Shown: positions 19,208 through 27,321 of the stretch, one piece after another
Layout: every line of letters starts with the position of its first letter
Position numbering within the stretch: the stretch's first letter is position 1
From: Acidimicrobiia bacterium
GTDB lineage: Bacteria > Actinomycetota > Acidimicrobiia > Acidimicrobiales > SZUA-35
Assembly (NCBI GenBank): GCA_029861725.1
Contig: JAOTYQ010000002.1
Location: 1-39,289 of the forward strand
DNA length: 39,289 bases
Reading direction: 5' to 3'
Position numbers and translations under genes: made by a program
The notes under the pieces: generated by a model
Told to the model about the DNA's origin: nothing
Seen by the model: the letters and a program-made list of their open reading frames with translations, nothing else
Database searches by the model: none

Positions 19208-20431
19208 TCAGAACGCTCGGAACCGATCGAGGCCGAGGTCGCGCGCGTAGTCGGCCGCGTACGGCTGGAGATCGTCCTCGACAAGCCCGAAGCGCTCCAA
19301 CCGGTAGTCGTGCTTGCCGTGCTTGTGTTGCGGGTGCCGAGCGAGGTAGTCGGTGACCCTGCGGCGCAGATCGGCCGGGACGTCCTCCCCGAACTCCGTC
19401 AGGATCGTCGAGACGATCTCGGCCGGATCCTCGATCAGCTCGGGGTAGAGGACCTGCACGTTCGGGCGCTGCTCGATCTGCTTGCGGGTCTGGTTCGCCA
19501 TCTCGGCCATGCGATCGACGAACCGGGGGAGCGGGACCTGGGCCCCGGCGTAGCGCATCGACGCTCCCACCACGGTGACCAACGACATCGCCGAGGGGAT
19601 CGCACTGTGCAGGTCGCGGTGGGTCATGACGTAACGAGCGTTCGGCAACAGGGCATCGATCGTCGGGAACAAGCCCATGAACGTCGGGGCCTTCAGCAAC
19701 CAGAAGCCCTGGGGGCCGTAGGCCTGGAGCATCTGCAGCTGCCAGCGCCACAGGGTCCAGGAGTCGCACATCTCCCGGTGGGTCCGCTCGAGGAGCCAGT
19801 CGGTGTAGCTGTAGGCGTACAGCATGAAGTTGAACGAGTGCAGGGTCCGGTCCATCATCTCCAGGCCCTCGTCGGGACCGTCGGACTGCAAGTGGTGGAT
19901 GGCCCGGAGCTGGGGAATCGTGGTGTTGACGAACCGCACCCACCACCGGTACTTGACCTTGCGGAACGACAGCCGGCGATGGGGCATCGGGTCCATGCTC
20001 TCCCAGCCCATCAGGGGGCGAGACCCCGGCACGTCGGCCAGCAGGTTGTAGAGCAGGGTGGTCCCGGTGCGGGGCATACCGGTGATGATCACCGGTCGGA
20101 CCAGCTCCTCGTCACGGATCTCCGGATGGGCCTTGACGAAGTCGACGATCTGCAGCCGGGTTGCCAGCAGCCGTCCGAGCATCGTCGGCCAGGCGAACAG
20201 GCCGATCGTGGTGAGCGTTGGATCATCGCGAAGTGGCCGCAGCAGCTCGTCGAGCGGTTCCAGGACCTCGCCTGGACCGAAGTCGGTCAGCCCGGTCCGG
20301 TCGGTGACGCGAGCAACCAGCTCCTCAGGATCCGGGTAGCGTCGAGAGACCGGACCCCGGAGGGGCTGGCCCAGACGGGCCAGTGCCCGCATGTGAACTG
20401 GGGGATAACCCGGGGGAATGATTTTTCCCAT
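19208..20431 (-). CDS. Sulfotransferase family protein
   Basis: 407 aa with the PAPS 5'-phosphosulfate-binding loop ITGMPRTGTTLLYNLL. It has the size and shape of actinobacterial Stf-type sulfotransferases. Confidence 0.8.
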   Translation of the reverse strand: MGKIIPPGYPPVHMRALARLGQPLRGPVSRRYPDPEELVARVTDRTGLTDFGPGEVLEPLDELLRPLRDDPTLTTIGLFAWPTMLGRLLATRLQIVDFVKAHPEIRDEELVRPVIITGMPRTGTTLLYNLLADVPGSRPLMGWESMDPMPHRRLSFRKVKYRWWVRFVNTTIPQLRAIHHLQSDGPDEGLEMMDRTLHSFNFMLYAYSYTDWLLERTHREMCDSWTLWRWQLQMLQAYGPQGFWLLKAPTFMGLFPTIDALLPNARYVMTHRDLHSAIPSAMSLVTVVGASMRYAGAQVPLPRFVDRMAEMANQTRKQIEQRPNVQVLYPELIEDPAEIVSTILTEFGEDVPADLRRRVTDYLARHPQHKHGKHDYRLERFGLVEDDLQPYAADYARDLGLDRFRAF

Positions 20432-20450
20432 ACGCGCCTTACAACTGTAG

Positions 20451-20478
20451 CCTGACCCGGCCCTGGGCCTCGGTCAGG
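20451..20478. promoter_or_regulatory. Inverted repeat in the sulfotransferase/lgt divergent intergenic region
   Basis: CCTGACC (20451-20457) and GGTCAGG (20472-20478) flank GGCCC-T-GGGCC. The repeat lies 20 nt from the sulfotransferase start and 25 nt from the lgt start. Confidence 0.25.
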
Positions 20479-20502
20479 ACGTCGACCCGGGAGCTTTGAC
20501 CA

Positions 20503-21564
20503 ATGATGGCCTCGCTTGTTGCTTCGATTCCGAGCCCGTCGGATAACCAGATCTCGCTCGGGCCTATCGATCTGCGAGCCTACGGGTTTTTGATCGCACT
20601 CGGCGTCCTGGCCGGCGTGTGGCTGTCGAGCCGGCGCCTGGCCAGGGACGGTTACGACCCCGAGATCATCCCCAACATGGCGCTCTGGGTGCTGCCAGCC
20701 GCCATCATCGGAGCCCGGGCGTACTTCGTGCTCACCAACTGGGGTCGCTTCTCCGGCGACCTCGCCTCGGCGTTCCGGGTCTGGGAAGGCGGGCTGGGCA
20801 TTCCCGGTGGCGTCGCCCTCGGGGCAGTGGTCGGAGTCTGGTGGCTGCGGCGCAACGACGTGCCCCTCCCACCGGTGTTCACCGCGGTGGCGCTGGGCTT
20901 GCCGCTCGGCCAGATCATCGGACGGTTCGGGAACTGGTTCAACCAGGAGCTGTACGGGCGCCCCACCGATCTGCCCTGGGGTCTCGAGATCGACGAGGCG
21001 CACCGTCTCAGCGGCTACGAGTCGAACGAGTTGTTCCACCCCACGTTCGCCTACGAGATCCTGTGGAACATCGCGCTACTAGCTGCGTTGGTGTGGATCG
21101 ACCGCAAGAAGGTCCTGCGACCGGGTGCGCTGTTCGCGGTCTACCTGATCGGCTACGGGATCGGCCGGATCCTGATCGAGACGGTCCGGATCGACCCGGT
21201 GAACAGCTTCCTCGGGGTCCGTCTCCACATCTGGGCCATGATTGTCTTCATCGTCGGCGCCCTGATCTACCTCCGCCGCTACGGCTGGGCCGGCTCGGAC
21301 GCGATGGCCGGCGAGACCGACCGCGAGTTGCCGGTCAAGACCAAGCCCCAGGCTCCGCTCGCTCGCCCCAAGTCCAAGAACCCCGAGCCCAAGAACCCGA
21401 AGCCAAAGCCGAAGAGGCAGTCGATCACGCCCGCCAGCATGGCGACCCGCCGAGCCCGCGGTTCGGACAGGGCGGGCGCCGGGACCAAGGATCGAGCGAA
21501 CGACCCTCTCGTCGACGAGGCCGGCGACAGCGGGGTGACCGTCAAGGACGCCGACGAGGCCTGA
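20503..21564 (+). CDS. lgt: Prolipoprotein diacylglyceryl transferase with a basic, Lys/Pro-rich C-terminal tail
   Basis: Lgt signatures are present: RAYGFLIALGVLAG, FRVWEGGLGIPGG, GRFGNWFNQELYGRPTDLPWGLEI. About 90 C-terminal residues are low-complexity (KSKNPEPKNPKPKPKRQ...). Confidence 0.9.
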   Translation: MMASLVASIPSPSDNQISLGPIDLRAYGFLIALGVLAGVWLSSRRLARDGYDPEIIPNMALWVLPAAIIGARAYFVLTNWGRFSGDLASAFRVWEGGLGIPGGVALGAVVGVWWLRRNDVPLPPVFTAVALGLPLGQIIGRFGNWFNQELYGRPTDLPWGLEIDEAHRLSGYESNELFHPTFAYEILWNIALLAALVWIDRKKVLRPGALFAVYLIGYGIGRILIETVRIDPVNSFLGVRLHIWAMIVFIVGALIYLRRYGWAGSDAMAGETDRELPVKTKPQAPLARPKSKNPEPKNPKPKPKRQSITPASMATRRARGSDRAGAGTKDRANDPLVDEAGDSGVTVKDADEA

Positions 21565-21579
21565 GCGGGCGAACCCCGC
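21565..21579. terminator. Small GC hairpin between convergent lgt and carboxylase genes
   Basis: GCGGG-CGAAC-CCCGC lies immediately after the lgt stop. Confidence 0.2.
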
Positions 21580-21591
21580 GGCGGAACCGGG

Positions 21592-23613
21592 TCAACCGTC
21601 GTCGGCGGGGCCGAGAACGACCAGCACCTCGCCGTTGTCGACCTGATCGCCGACCGAGCAGCGGATCTCCGCCACGACAGCGGGCTCCGGAGCCGACACG
21701 TTGTGCTCCATCTTCATCGCCTCCATGACCACCAGCGTCTGGCCGGCAGCGACGTGATCGCCCTCGCTCACCGAGATCAGCCGAATCGTCCCCGGCATCG
21801 GAGCGACCTGACCGCCGGCGACCGAACCCGGTCCGGTGTCGGGGAAGCGAGAGCGCTCGACGCCGTCGATCCGCCCCATGGGTCCCTGCACGTGCCACCG
21901 GTCGCCCGACACGATGACGTCGTACCTCGACCGGACACCACCGATCACGGCGTCTATCGTGCCGTTCGATTTGGCCGCCAGCGACGCCTCGACCGATGGG
22001 CCGTCGCCGACCCGGACCTCGAACGACCCATCGCGGCGCGACCGGTACGACACCGCCACCTCGTGGTCATCCCGAGCGAGGATGAACTGCTCCGGCGGGA
22101 GTACCGAGTTCCGGTAGCCCGAGCGCAGAAACGCCAGCGTCCTGGCCCGCTCCCGATTGACCGCCTGCCGGTACAGCACGGCGGCGGCGTAAAGCGACAG
22201 CGCCTCGTCGTCGGCTGGTCCCCGCTCGGTTGCCGCTCCGAGGTCGACCCGATCGACGAAATCGGTGGTGGTGTCGCCGGCCAGGAACGCATCGGATCGC
22301 AAGGCGCGGACGAGGAAGTCACGGTTGGTGACGACGCCGGCGATCGTCATGCGCTCCAGCACGACGGCGAGCCGCATGGCAGCCTCCCGACGAGTCGGGC
22401 CGTGCACGATCACCTTCGCCAACATCGGGTCGAAATCGACCCCGACGACCGAACCGGCCTCGACCCCCGAGTCGAGCCGGGCGGGCGCTGTCGGGGCGAG
22501 GGCGAACGCGGCCAGCGTCCCGGTCGCCGGAAGGAAGCCTGCGTCGGCATCCTCGGCGTAGAGCCGGACTTCGATCGCGTGACCGTCGATCGCCAAGTCG
22601 TCCTGAGTGAAGGCCAGCTCCTCCCCCTGGGCCACCAGGATCTGCTGGCGGACGAGATCGAGACCGGTCACCTCCTCGGTGACCGGATGCTCGACCTGGA
22701 GCCGGGTGTTGACCTCGAGGAAGAAGAAGTCCTGGTCACTGCGGTTCCCAGCGACCAGGAACTCGACGGTGCCGGCCGAGTAGTAGCCCACAGCGCGCAC
22801 GGCGTCGAGGGCCGCCGCCCCCATTCGGGCCCGGAGGTCCGGGGCGACCGCGGGGCTCGGGGCCTCCTCGATGATCTTCTGGTGGCGGCGCTGGATCGAG
22901 CACTCCCGCTCGAAGCAGTGCACGAGGTTCCCGTGCCGGTCGCCGAGCACCTGGATCTCGACGTGGCGGGGAGCCTTCAGGTACTTCTCCAAGAACACGG
23001 TCCCGTCACCGAACGAGGCCTCGGCCTCCCGCTGGGCGCCGGCGACCGCCTCCACCAGATCGCCCCGGGCCTCCACGACCCGCATGCCCTTGCCGCCCCC
23101 GCCGGCAGCGGCCTTGACGAGCACCGGGTAGCCGATGTCCTCGGCGGCGACGGCCACGTCGGTGTCGTCGGTGATCTCGACCGAGCGCAGCGTCGGCACC
23201 CCTGCCGCATCCATCAGCTTCTTGGCTCGGAGCTTGTCGCCCATGACCGCGATCGCGTCGGGCGGCGGGCCGATCCAGGTCAACCCGGCATCGATGACGG
23301 CCCGAGCGAAGTCGGCATTCTCCGACAAGAAGCCGTAGCCGGGGTGGACAGCGTCGGCCCCGCTGCGGCGAGCCGCTTCCAGCACCTTGGCCTGGTCGAG
23401 GTAGGTCTCCGTGGCGGTGATGCCACCGAGGGCGATCGCTCGGTCGGCCTCGCTGACGAACGGGGCGTCAGCGTCGCCGTCGCTGTACACGGCCACCGTC
23501 TCGATCCCCATCGTGCGGGCGGTGGCGAACACCCGGCGAGCGATCTCGCCGCGGTTGGCGACCAGCAGTCGGCTACATCCGGAAGACACCGAACCCCTCC
23601 GCTCCCTCGACAT
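21592..23613 (-). CDS. Biotin-dependent acyl-CoA carboxylase alpha subunit (biotin carboxylase + BCCP), MCC/GCC-type by context
   Basis: Motifs present: LLVANRGEIA, the ATP-grasp AAGGGGKGMRVV, and the C-terminal biotinylation motif EAMKMEH. The alternative GTG start at 23589 would reduce the overlap with the upstream beta gene. Confidence 0.9.
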   Translation of the reverse strand: MSRERRGSVSSGCSRLLVANRGEIARRVFATARTMGIETVAVYSDGDADAPFVSEADRAIALGGITATETYLDQAKVLEAARRSGADAVHPGYGFLSENADFARAVIDAGLTWIGPPPDAIAVMGDKLRAKKLMDAAGVPTLRSVEITDDTDVAVAAEDIGYPVLVKAAAGGGGKGMRVVEARGDLVEAVAGAQREAEASFGDGTVFLEKYLKAPRHVEIQVLGDRHGNLVHCFERECSIQRRHQKIIEEAPSPAVAPDLRARMGAAALDAVRAVGYYSAGTVEFLVAGNRSDQDFFFLEVNTRLQVEHPVTEEVTGLDLVRQQILVAQGEELAFTQDDLAIDGHAIEVRLYAEDADAGFLPATGTLAAFALAPTAPARLDSGVEAGSVVGVDFDPMLAKVIVHGPTRREAAMRLAVVLERMTIAGVVTNRDFLVRALRSDAFLAGDTTTDFVDRVDLGAATERGPADDEALSLYAAAVLYRQAVNRERARTLAFLRSGYRNSVLPPEQFILARDDHEVAVSYRSRRDGSFEVRVGDGPSVEASLAAKSNGTIDAVIGGVRSRYDVIVSGDRWHVQGPMGRIDGVERSRFPDTGPGSVAGGQVAPMPGTIRLISVSEGDHVAAGQTLVVMEAMKMEHNVSAPEPAVVAEIRCSVGDQVDNGEVLVVLGPADDG

Positions 23614-25198
23614 CGTTGTTGTGACAGATCGACAGCGACATCCCGATCACGTCGCGGGTGTCGCGAGGGTCGATGATGCCGTCGTCGCTGACCCGTCCGC
23701 TGGCGAACACGGCCAGCGAGGCAAGCTCGTGGTAGTGCTCGACCGACTCGGTGATCTTGGCGTCGGCCTCCTCGTCGAACTCGATGCCCTTCCGGGCGGC
23801 CTGGCCTCGCCGGACCAACGACATCACGCCAGCGATCTGCTTGGGGCCCATGATGGCGATCTTCGCCGTCGGCCAGAGATAGGTGAACCGGGTGTTGAAC
23901 GCCCGACCCGACATGCCGTAGTTGCCGGCGCCATAGCTCGACCCGAGGATCACGGTGATGTGGGGGACGGTCGAGTTGCTGACGGCGTTGATCATCTTCG
24001 AGCCGTTCTTGACGATCCCGCCCCGCTCGAAGTCCTTGCCGACCATGTATCCGGTGATGTTCTGGAGGAAGACGAGGGGGGTGTCCTGTTGGTTGCACAG
24101 CTGGATGAACTGCGTGGCCTTCTCCGAGCTCTCCGAGAACAACGGCCCGTTGTTCCCGAGGATGCCAACGGGATACCCGTGGACCCAGGCCCAGCCGCAG
24201 ATGAGCGTCGGCCCGTACCGGCCCTTGAACTCCTCGAACTCGGAGCCGTCGACGATGCGGGCGATGATCTCCCGCACGTCGATGAGGGCGTAGAGATCGC
24301 GGGGCATCAAGCCGAGCAGCTCCTCGGTGTCATGGACCGGGGGCTCGGGGGTGTGGGTCGGTCCGTAGCCCCGCTTGCGGTGGTTGAGATGGGCGACTAC
24401 CTCGCGGCAGATCCGGAGGGCGTCGAGCTCGTCTTCGGCCAGGTAGTCGGCAAGGCCGGAGACCTCGGCGTGCATCTGGGCCCCACCGAGGGTCTCGTCG
24501 TCGGAGACCTCACCGGTAGCCATCTGCACGAGCGGTGGCCCGCCGAGGAAGACCTTCGAGCGCTCCTTGATGAAGATGTTGTAGTCGCTCATGCCCGGCT
24601 GGTAGGCGCCGCCAGCGGTCGAGGAGCCGAACACGACCGCGATCGACGGGATCCCGAGCTTCGACAGCTCGGTGACGTCGTAGAACAACCGGCCCGACTC
24701 GGCGAAGTGGTTCAGCTGCTCCCGCATCTGCCGCTCCGGGTCTTCGTTGCCTCGCAGGTCGCCACCGGCCGACTCGACGAACTGCACATACGGCAGGCGG
24801 TTGTCGCGGCAGATCTCGATCGCCCGCATGATCTTCTTGCCGGCAAACGCGGTGAGGGCACCTCCCAGGACGGTCGGGTCGTTGCCGATGATCATGCACT
24901 CGACGCCGGAGATCACCCCGATGCCCATCACCAGCCCGGCACCGACGGTGTAGTCGGAGCAGTAGGCCGCGAGTGAGCTGATCTCGTAGAACGGGGCATC
25001 GGGGTCGAGCACGGCGGCGATGCGCTCCCGAATGGGTAGCTTGCCCCGGCTGCGTAGCCGTTCCGTGGCCTTCGGCCCACCGCCGGCTGCCGCCTCCTGC
25101 TGGAGGTCGTCGATGACGGCCAGCTGCTCCAGCATGTCCTTGCGGTTCCGGATGAAGTCCTCACCGCCCACGTCGATGGTCGATCCAAGCGTTACCAC
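23573..25198 (-). CDS. Carboxyltransferase beta subunit, methylcrotonyl-/geranyl-CoA carboxylase type
   Basis: The N-terminal pattern FIRNRKDMLEQL...GGGPKATERLRSRGKLPIRERIAAVLDPDAPFYEISSLAAY is characteristic of MccB/AtuC rather than PccB. The GTG start at 25198 gives about 541 aa. Confidence 0.85.
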   Translation of the reverse strand: MVTLGSTIDVGGEDFIRNRKDMLEQLAVIDDLQQEAAAGGGPKATERLRSRGKLPIRERIAAVLDPDAPFYEISSLAAYCSDYTVGAGLVMGIGVISGVECMIIGNDPTVLGGALTAFAGKKIMRAIEICRDNRLPYVQFVESAGGDLRGNEDPERQMREQLNHFAESGRLFYDVTELSKLGIPSIAVVFGSSTAGGAYQPGMSDYNIFIKERSKVFLGGPPLVQMATGEVSDDETLGGAQMHAEVSGLADYLAEDELDALRICREVVAHLNHRKRGYGPTHTPEPPVHDTEELLGLMPRDLYALIDVREIIARIVDGSEFEEFKGRYGPTLICGWAWVHGYPVGILGNNGPLFSESSEKATQFIQLCNQQDTPLVFLQNITGYMVGKDFERGGIVKNGSKMINAVSNSTVPHITVILGSSYGAGNYGMSGRAFNTRFTYLWPTAKIAIMGPKQIAGVMSLVRRGQAARKGIEFDEEADAKITESVEHYHELASLAVFASGRVSDDGIIDPRDTRDVIGMSLSICHNNDVEGAEGFGVFRM

Positions 25199-25308
25199 CT
25201 TCAGAGGTATAGACGACGGGCGCCCAGCGGGCGAGTTTCCCTCGGCGAAGCCGGGACCTGGTGACGGGGGCTGGTCGCCTCCGAGCGAGGGCGAGTACCG
25301 TCGCAACC

Positions 25309-27096
25309 ATGTCGAGTGCAGCAGGTGCCAACGACGACCCTCAGCCGATCCGGATCGCCAACTGTTCGGGCTTCTACGGTGACCGGCTGGCGGCCGCGGC
25401 TGAGATGGTCGAGGGCGGACCGATCGACGCCCTGACCGGTGACTGGCTCGCCGAGCTGACCATGTTGATCCTGTCCCGAACCCAGGCCAAGCGGCCCGGT
25501 GGCGGGTACGCCCGCACGTTCGTGACCCAGATGGAGCAGGTGATGGGCACGTGCCTCGACCGGGGCATCAAGGTGATCAGCAACGCTGGAGGGCTCGACC
25601 CCGACGGTTGTGCTGCGGCCGTTGCCGACGTGGCCGACAAGCTCGGCCTGGCCCCGACGATCGCCTACGTCGACGGCGACGATCTGCTGCCCCGACTGTC
25701 CGAGCTCGAAGAGGCCGGCCTCTCCCTCACCCACTTCGAGACCGGAAAGCCGATCGGCGACCTCGACCGGTTCATCACCGCGAACGCCTACCTGGGGTGC
25801 TGGGGCATCGTCGATGCGCTGGACCGGGGGGCCGACATCGTCGTCACCGGTCGGGTGACCGACGCTGCAGTGGTGTGCGGCCCGGCGGCGTGGCACCACC
25901 GGTGGGCCCGTGACCACTGGGACGCCCTGGCCGGCGGCGTCGTGGCCGGGCACGTGATCGAGTGCGGTGCTCAGACCACCGGCGGGAACTACTCGTTCTT
26001 CACCGAGGTACCCGGCATGGAGCGGGCCGGGTTTCCTTGGGCCGAGGTGGCGGCCGACGGCTCGTCGGTCATCGGCAAGCACGACGGCACCGGCGGCGAG
26101 GTCTCGATCGGGACAGTGACCTCCCAGCTGCTGTACGAGATCGGCTCGCCGGCCTACCTGGGTCCCGACGTCACCGCCCGATTCGACACGATCGAGCTGA
26201 CCCAGCAGGCACCCGATCGGGTCCGGATCCACGGGATCAAGGGCGAGCCGCCACCGTCGACGCTGAAGGTCGCGATGAACGAGATCGGCGGCTACCGCAA
26301 CGACCTGGCCATCGCTCTGACCGGGCTCGACATCGAGGCCAAGGCGGAGCTGGTCGAGTCGGCGTTCTGGGCCAGCTGCCCGCTCGGTCCGGAGGATTTC
26401 GCCTCGGTCACCACGCGGGTGGTCCGCACCGAGCACACCGACCCGAACTCGAACGAGGCGGCGGTGGCGCTCTGGCGCTGCACGGTGAAGGACCCCGACG
26501 AGCGGAAGGTGGGGCGGGCGTTCTCCAACGCCCTCACCGAGACCGGGCTGGCGTCGATCCCGGGGCTGTTCGGGGTGGGCGGTGGGCCGGCGCCAGGGTC
26601 GCCGTACGGCGTCTACACCCCGGCGCTCGTTCCCGCCGACCTCGTCCCGTCGCACGTCACGGTCCTGGGCGGCGACACGACCGTGGTCGATTCGGTCGCT
26701 CCCGACCACCCGGTGGAAGTCGTCGGCAAGCCGGGGCCGGCTCTCGCCCCGCCGGGCGGACCCACGACCAGGGCGCCGATCGGGCTGGTCATCGGCACCC
26801 GGTCGGGCGACAAGGGTGGCAACGCCAACCTGGGGGTGTTCACCCGTAGCGACGATGCGTGGGCGTGGATCGAGCGGTTCCTGACCGTCGACAAGCTCCG
26901 GGAGCTGCTGCCCGAGACCGCCGAGTTGCCGATCGACCGCTTCGTCCTGCCTGCCATCCGAGCGATGAACTTCCTCATCCACGGGTTGCTCGAGGAGGGC
27001 GTCGCCGCCTCGACCCGCCAGGACGGTCAGGCCAAGAGCCTCGGCGAGTGGCTACGGGCCCGCCACGTCGACATCCCTGCCTCCCTTCTGGACTGA
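25309..27096 (+). CDS. AtuA-family protein (DUF1446, acyclic terpene utilisation protein A-like), long form
   Basis: IRIANCSGFYGDRLAAAAEMVEGGPIDALTGDWLAELTMLIL...GIKVISNAGGLDP...VDGDDL matches the DUF1446 N-terminus. The start is ATG 25309. Confidence 0.8.
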   Translation: MSSAAGANDDPQPIRIANCSGFYGDRLAAAAEMVEGGPIDALTGDWLAELTMLILSRTQAKRPGGGYARTFVTQMEQVMGTCLDRGIKVISNAGGLDPDGCAAAVADVADKLGLAPTIAYVDGDDLLPRLSELEEAGLSLTHFETGKPIGDLDRFITANAYLGCWGIVDALDRGADIVVTGRVTDAAVVCGPAAWHHRWARDHWDALAGGVVAGHVIECGAQTTGGNYSFFTEVPGMERAGFPWAEVAADGSSVIGKHDGTGGEVSIGTVTSQLLYEIGSPAYLGPDVTARFDTIELTQQAPDRVRIHGIKGEPPPSTLKVAMNEIGGYRNDLAIALTGLDIEAKAELVESAFWASCPLGPEDFASVTTRVVRTEHTDPNSNEAAVALWRCTVKDPDERKVGRAFSNALTETGLASIPGLFGVGGGPAPGSPYGVYTPALVPADLVPSHVTVLGGDTTVVDSVAPDHPVEVVGKPGPALAPPGGPTTRAPIGLVIGTRSGDKGGNANLGVFTRSDDAWAWIERFLTVDKLRELLPETAELPIDRFVLPAIRAMNFLIHGLLEEGVAASTRQDGQAKSLGEWLRARHVDIPASLLD

Positions 27097-27107
27097 TGCT
27101 CGAGTGA

Positions 27108-27299
27108 ATCGAAGCTCCGCTGCCGTTCAAGGACTACTCGGCCACCATGGTCGTCAGCCCCGAGGGCGAGAGCGGCTCGGCGCTGTCGTGGACCGGGACC
27201 TTCGAGCCCGACGGCGTGCCCGCCGAGGATGCCGAGAAGCTGGCCGACAGCATCTACAGCGGCGGGATCGCCGGGTTCACGAAGGCCCTCGGCGAGTAG
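27108..27299 (+). pseudogene. Orphan C-terminal stub (about 63 codons) of an SRPBCC / polyketide-cyclase-like gene
   Basis: The frame after stop 27105-27107 reads IEAPLPFKDYSATMVVSPEGESGSALSWTGTFEPDGVPAEDAEKLADSIYSGGIAGFTKALGE*. This is the last beta-strands and C-terminal helix of the SRPBCC fold. No N-terminal half appears in any frame upstream, which is occupied by the AtuA-family gene. The only ATG (27147) would give 50 aa and has no RBS. Confidence 0.5.
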
Positions 27300-27321
27300 C
27301 GCCCGACCTCCGAGGCCAGGG

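Noticed and set aside
16440-19250. A 936-aa open reading frame on the plus strand spanning four annotated genes.
   Set aside because: The translation is Arg/Pro/Gly-rich low-complexity sequence with no recognisable motifs. It runs antisense or out of frame through genes that have clear family signatures (thioesterase, CMD-family, SnoaL-like, LLM). Long spurious ORFs are expected in DNA this GC-rich because stop codons are rare.
19208-20431. A P-loop-like motif (GMPRTGTT) that could indicate an NTPase of a defence or conflict system next to lgt.
   Set aside because: The motif, its position and the surrounding sequence match the PAPS-binding loop of sulfotransferases. There is no Walker B motif or effector domain, and no partner genes are present.
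21340-21420. A short tandem CCNAAG-type repeat, considered as a possible VNTR or repeat array.
   Set aside because: It lies in frame inside the lgt C-terminal tail and encodes KP repeats. It is too short and irregular to be a CRISPR array or a structured repeat element.
21703-26982. Three long antisense ORFs (21703-23676, 23411-24976, 25201-26982; 521-657 aa) opposite the carboxylase and AtuA-family genes.
   Set aside because: All have Arg/Gly/Asp/Pro-rich composition and no domain-like motifs. The opposite strands encode proteins with unambiguous signatures (ATP-grasp, EAMKMEH, MccB N-terminus, DUF1446). They are mirror-frame artefacts of high GC3 coding sequence.
27229-27321. A 31-codon N-terminal extension of the CoA-transferase track ORF (start 27229).
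   Set aside because: The extension is Ser/Pro/Arg-rich and overlaps the SRPBCC stub in another frame. ATG 27322 gives the canonical family N-terminus (MNLDGVRVLDLT) with an upstream GAGG.
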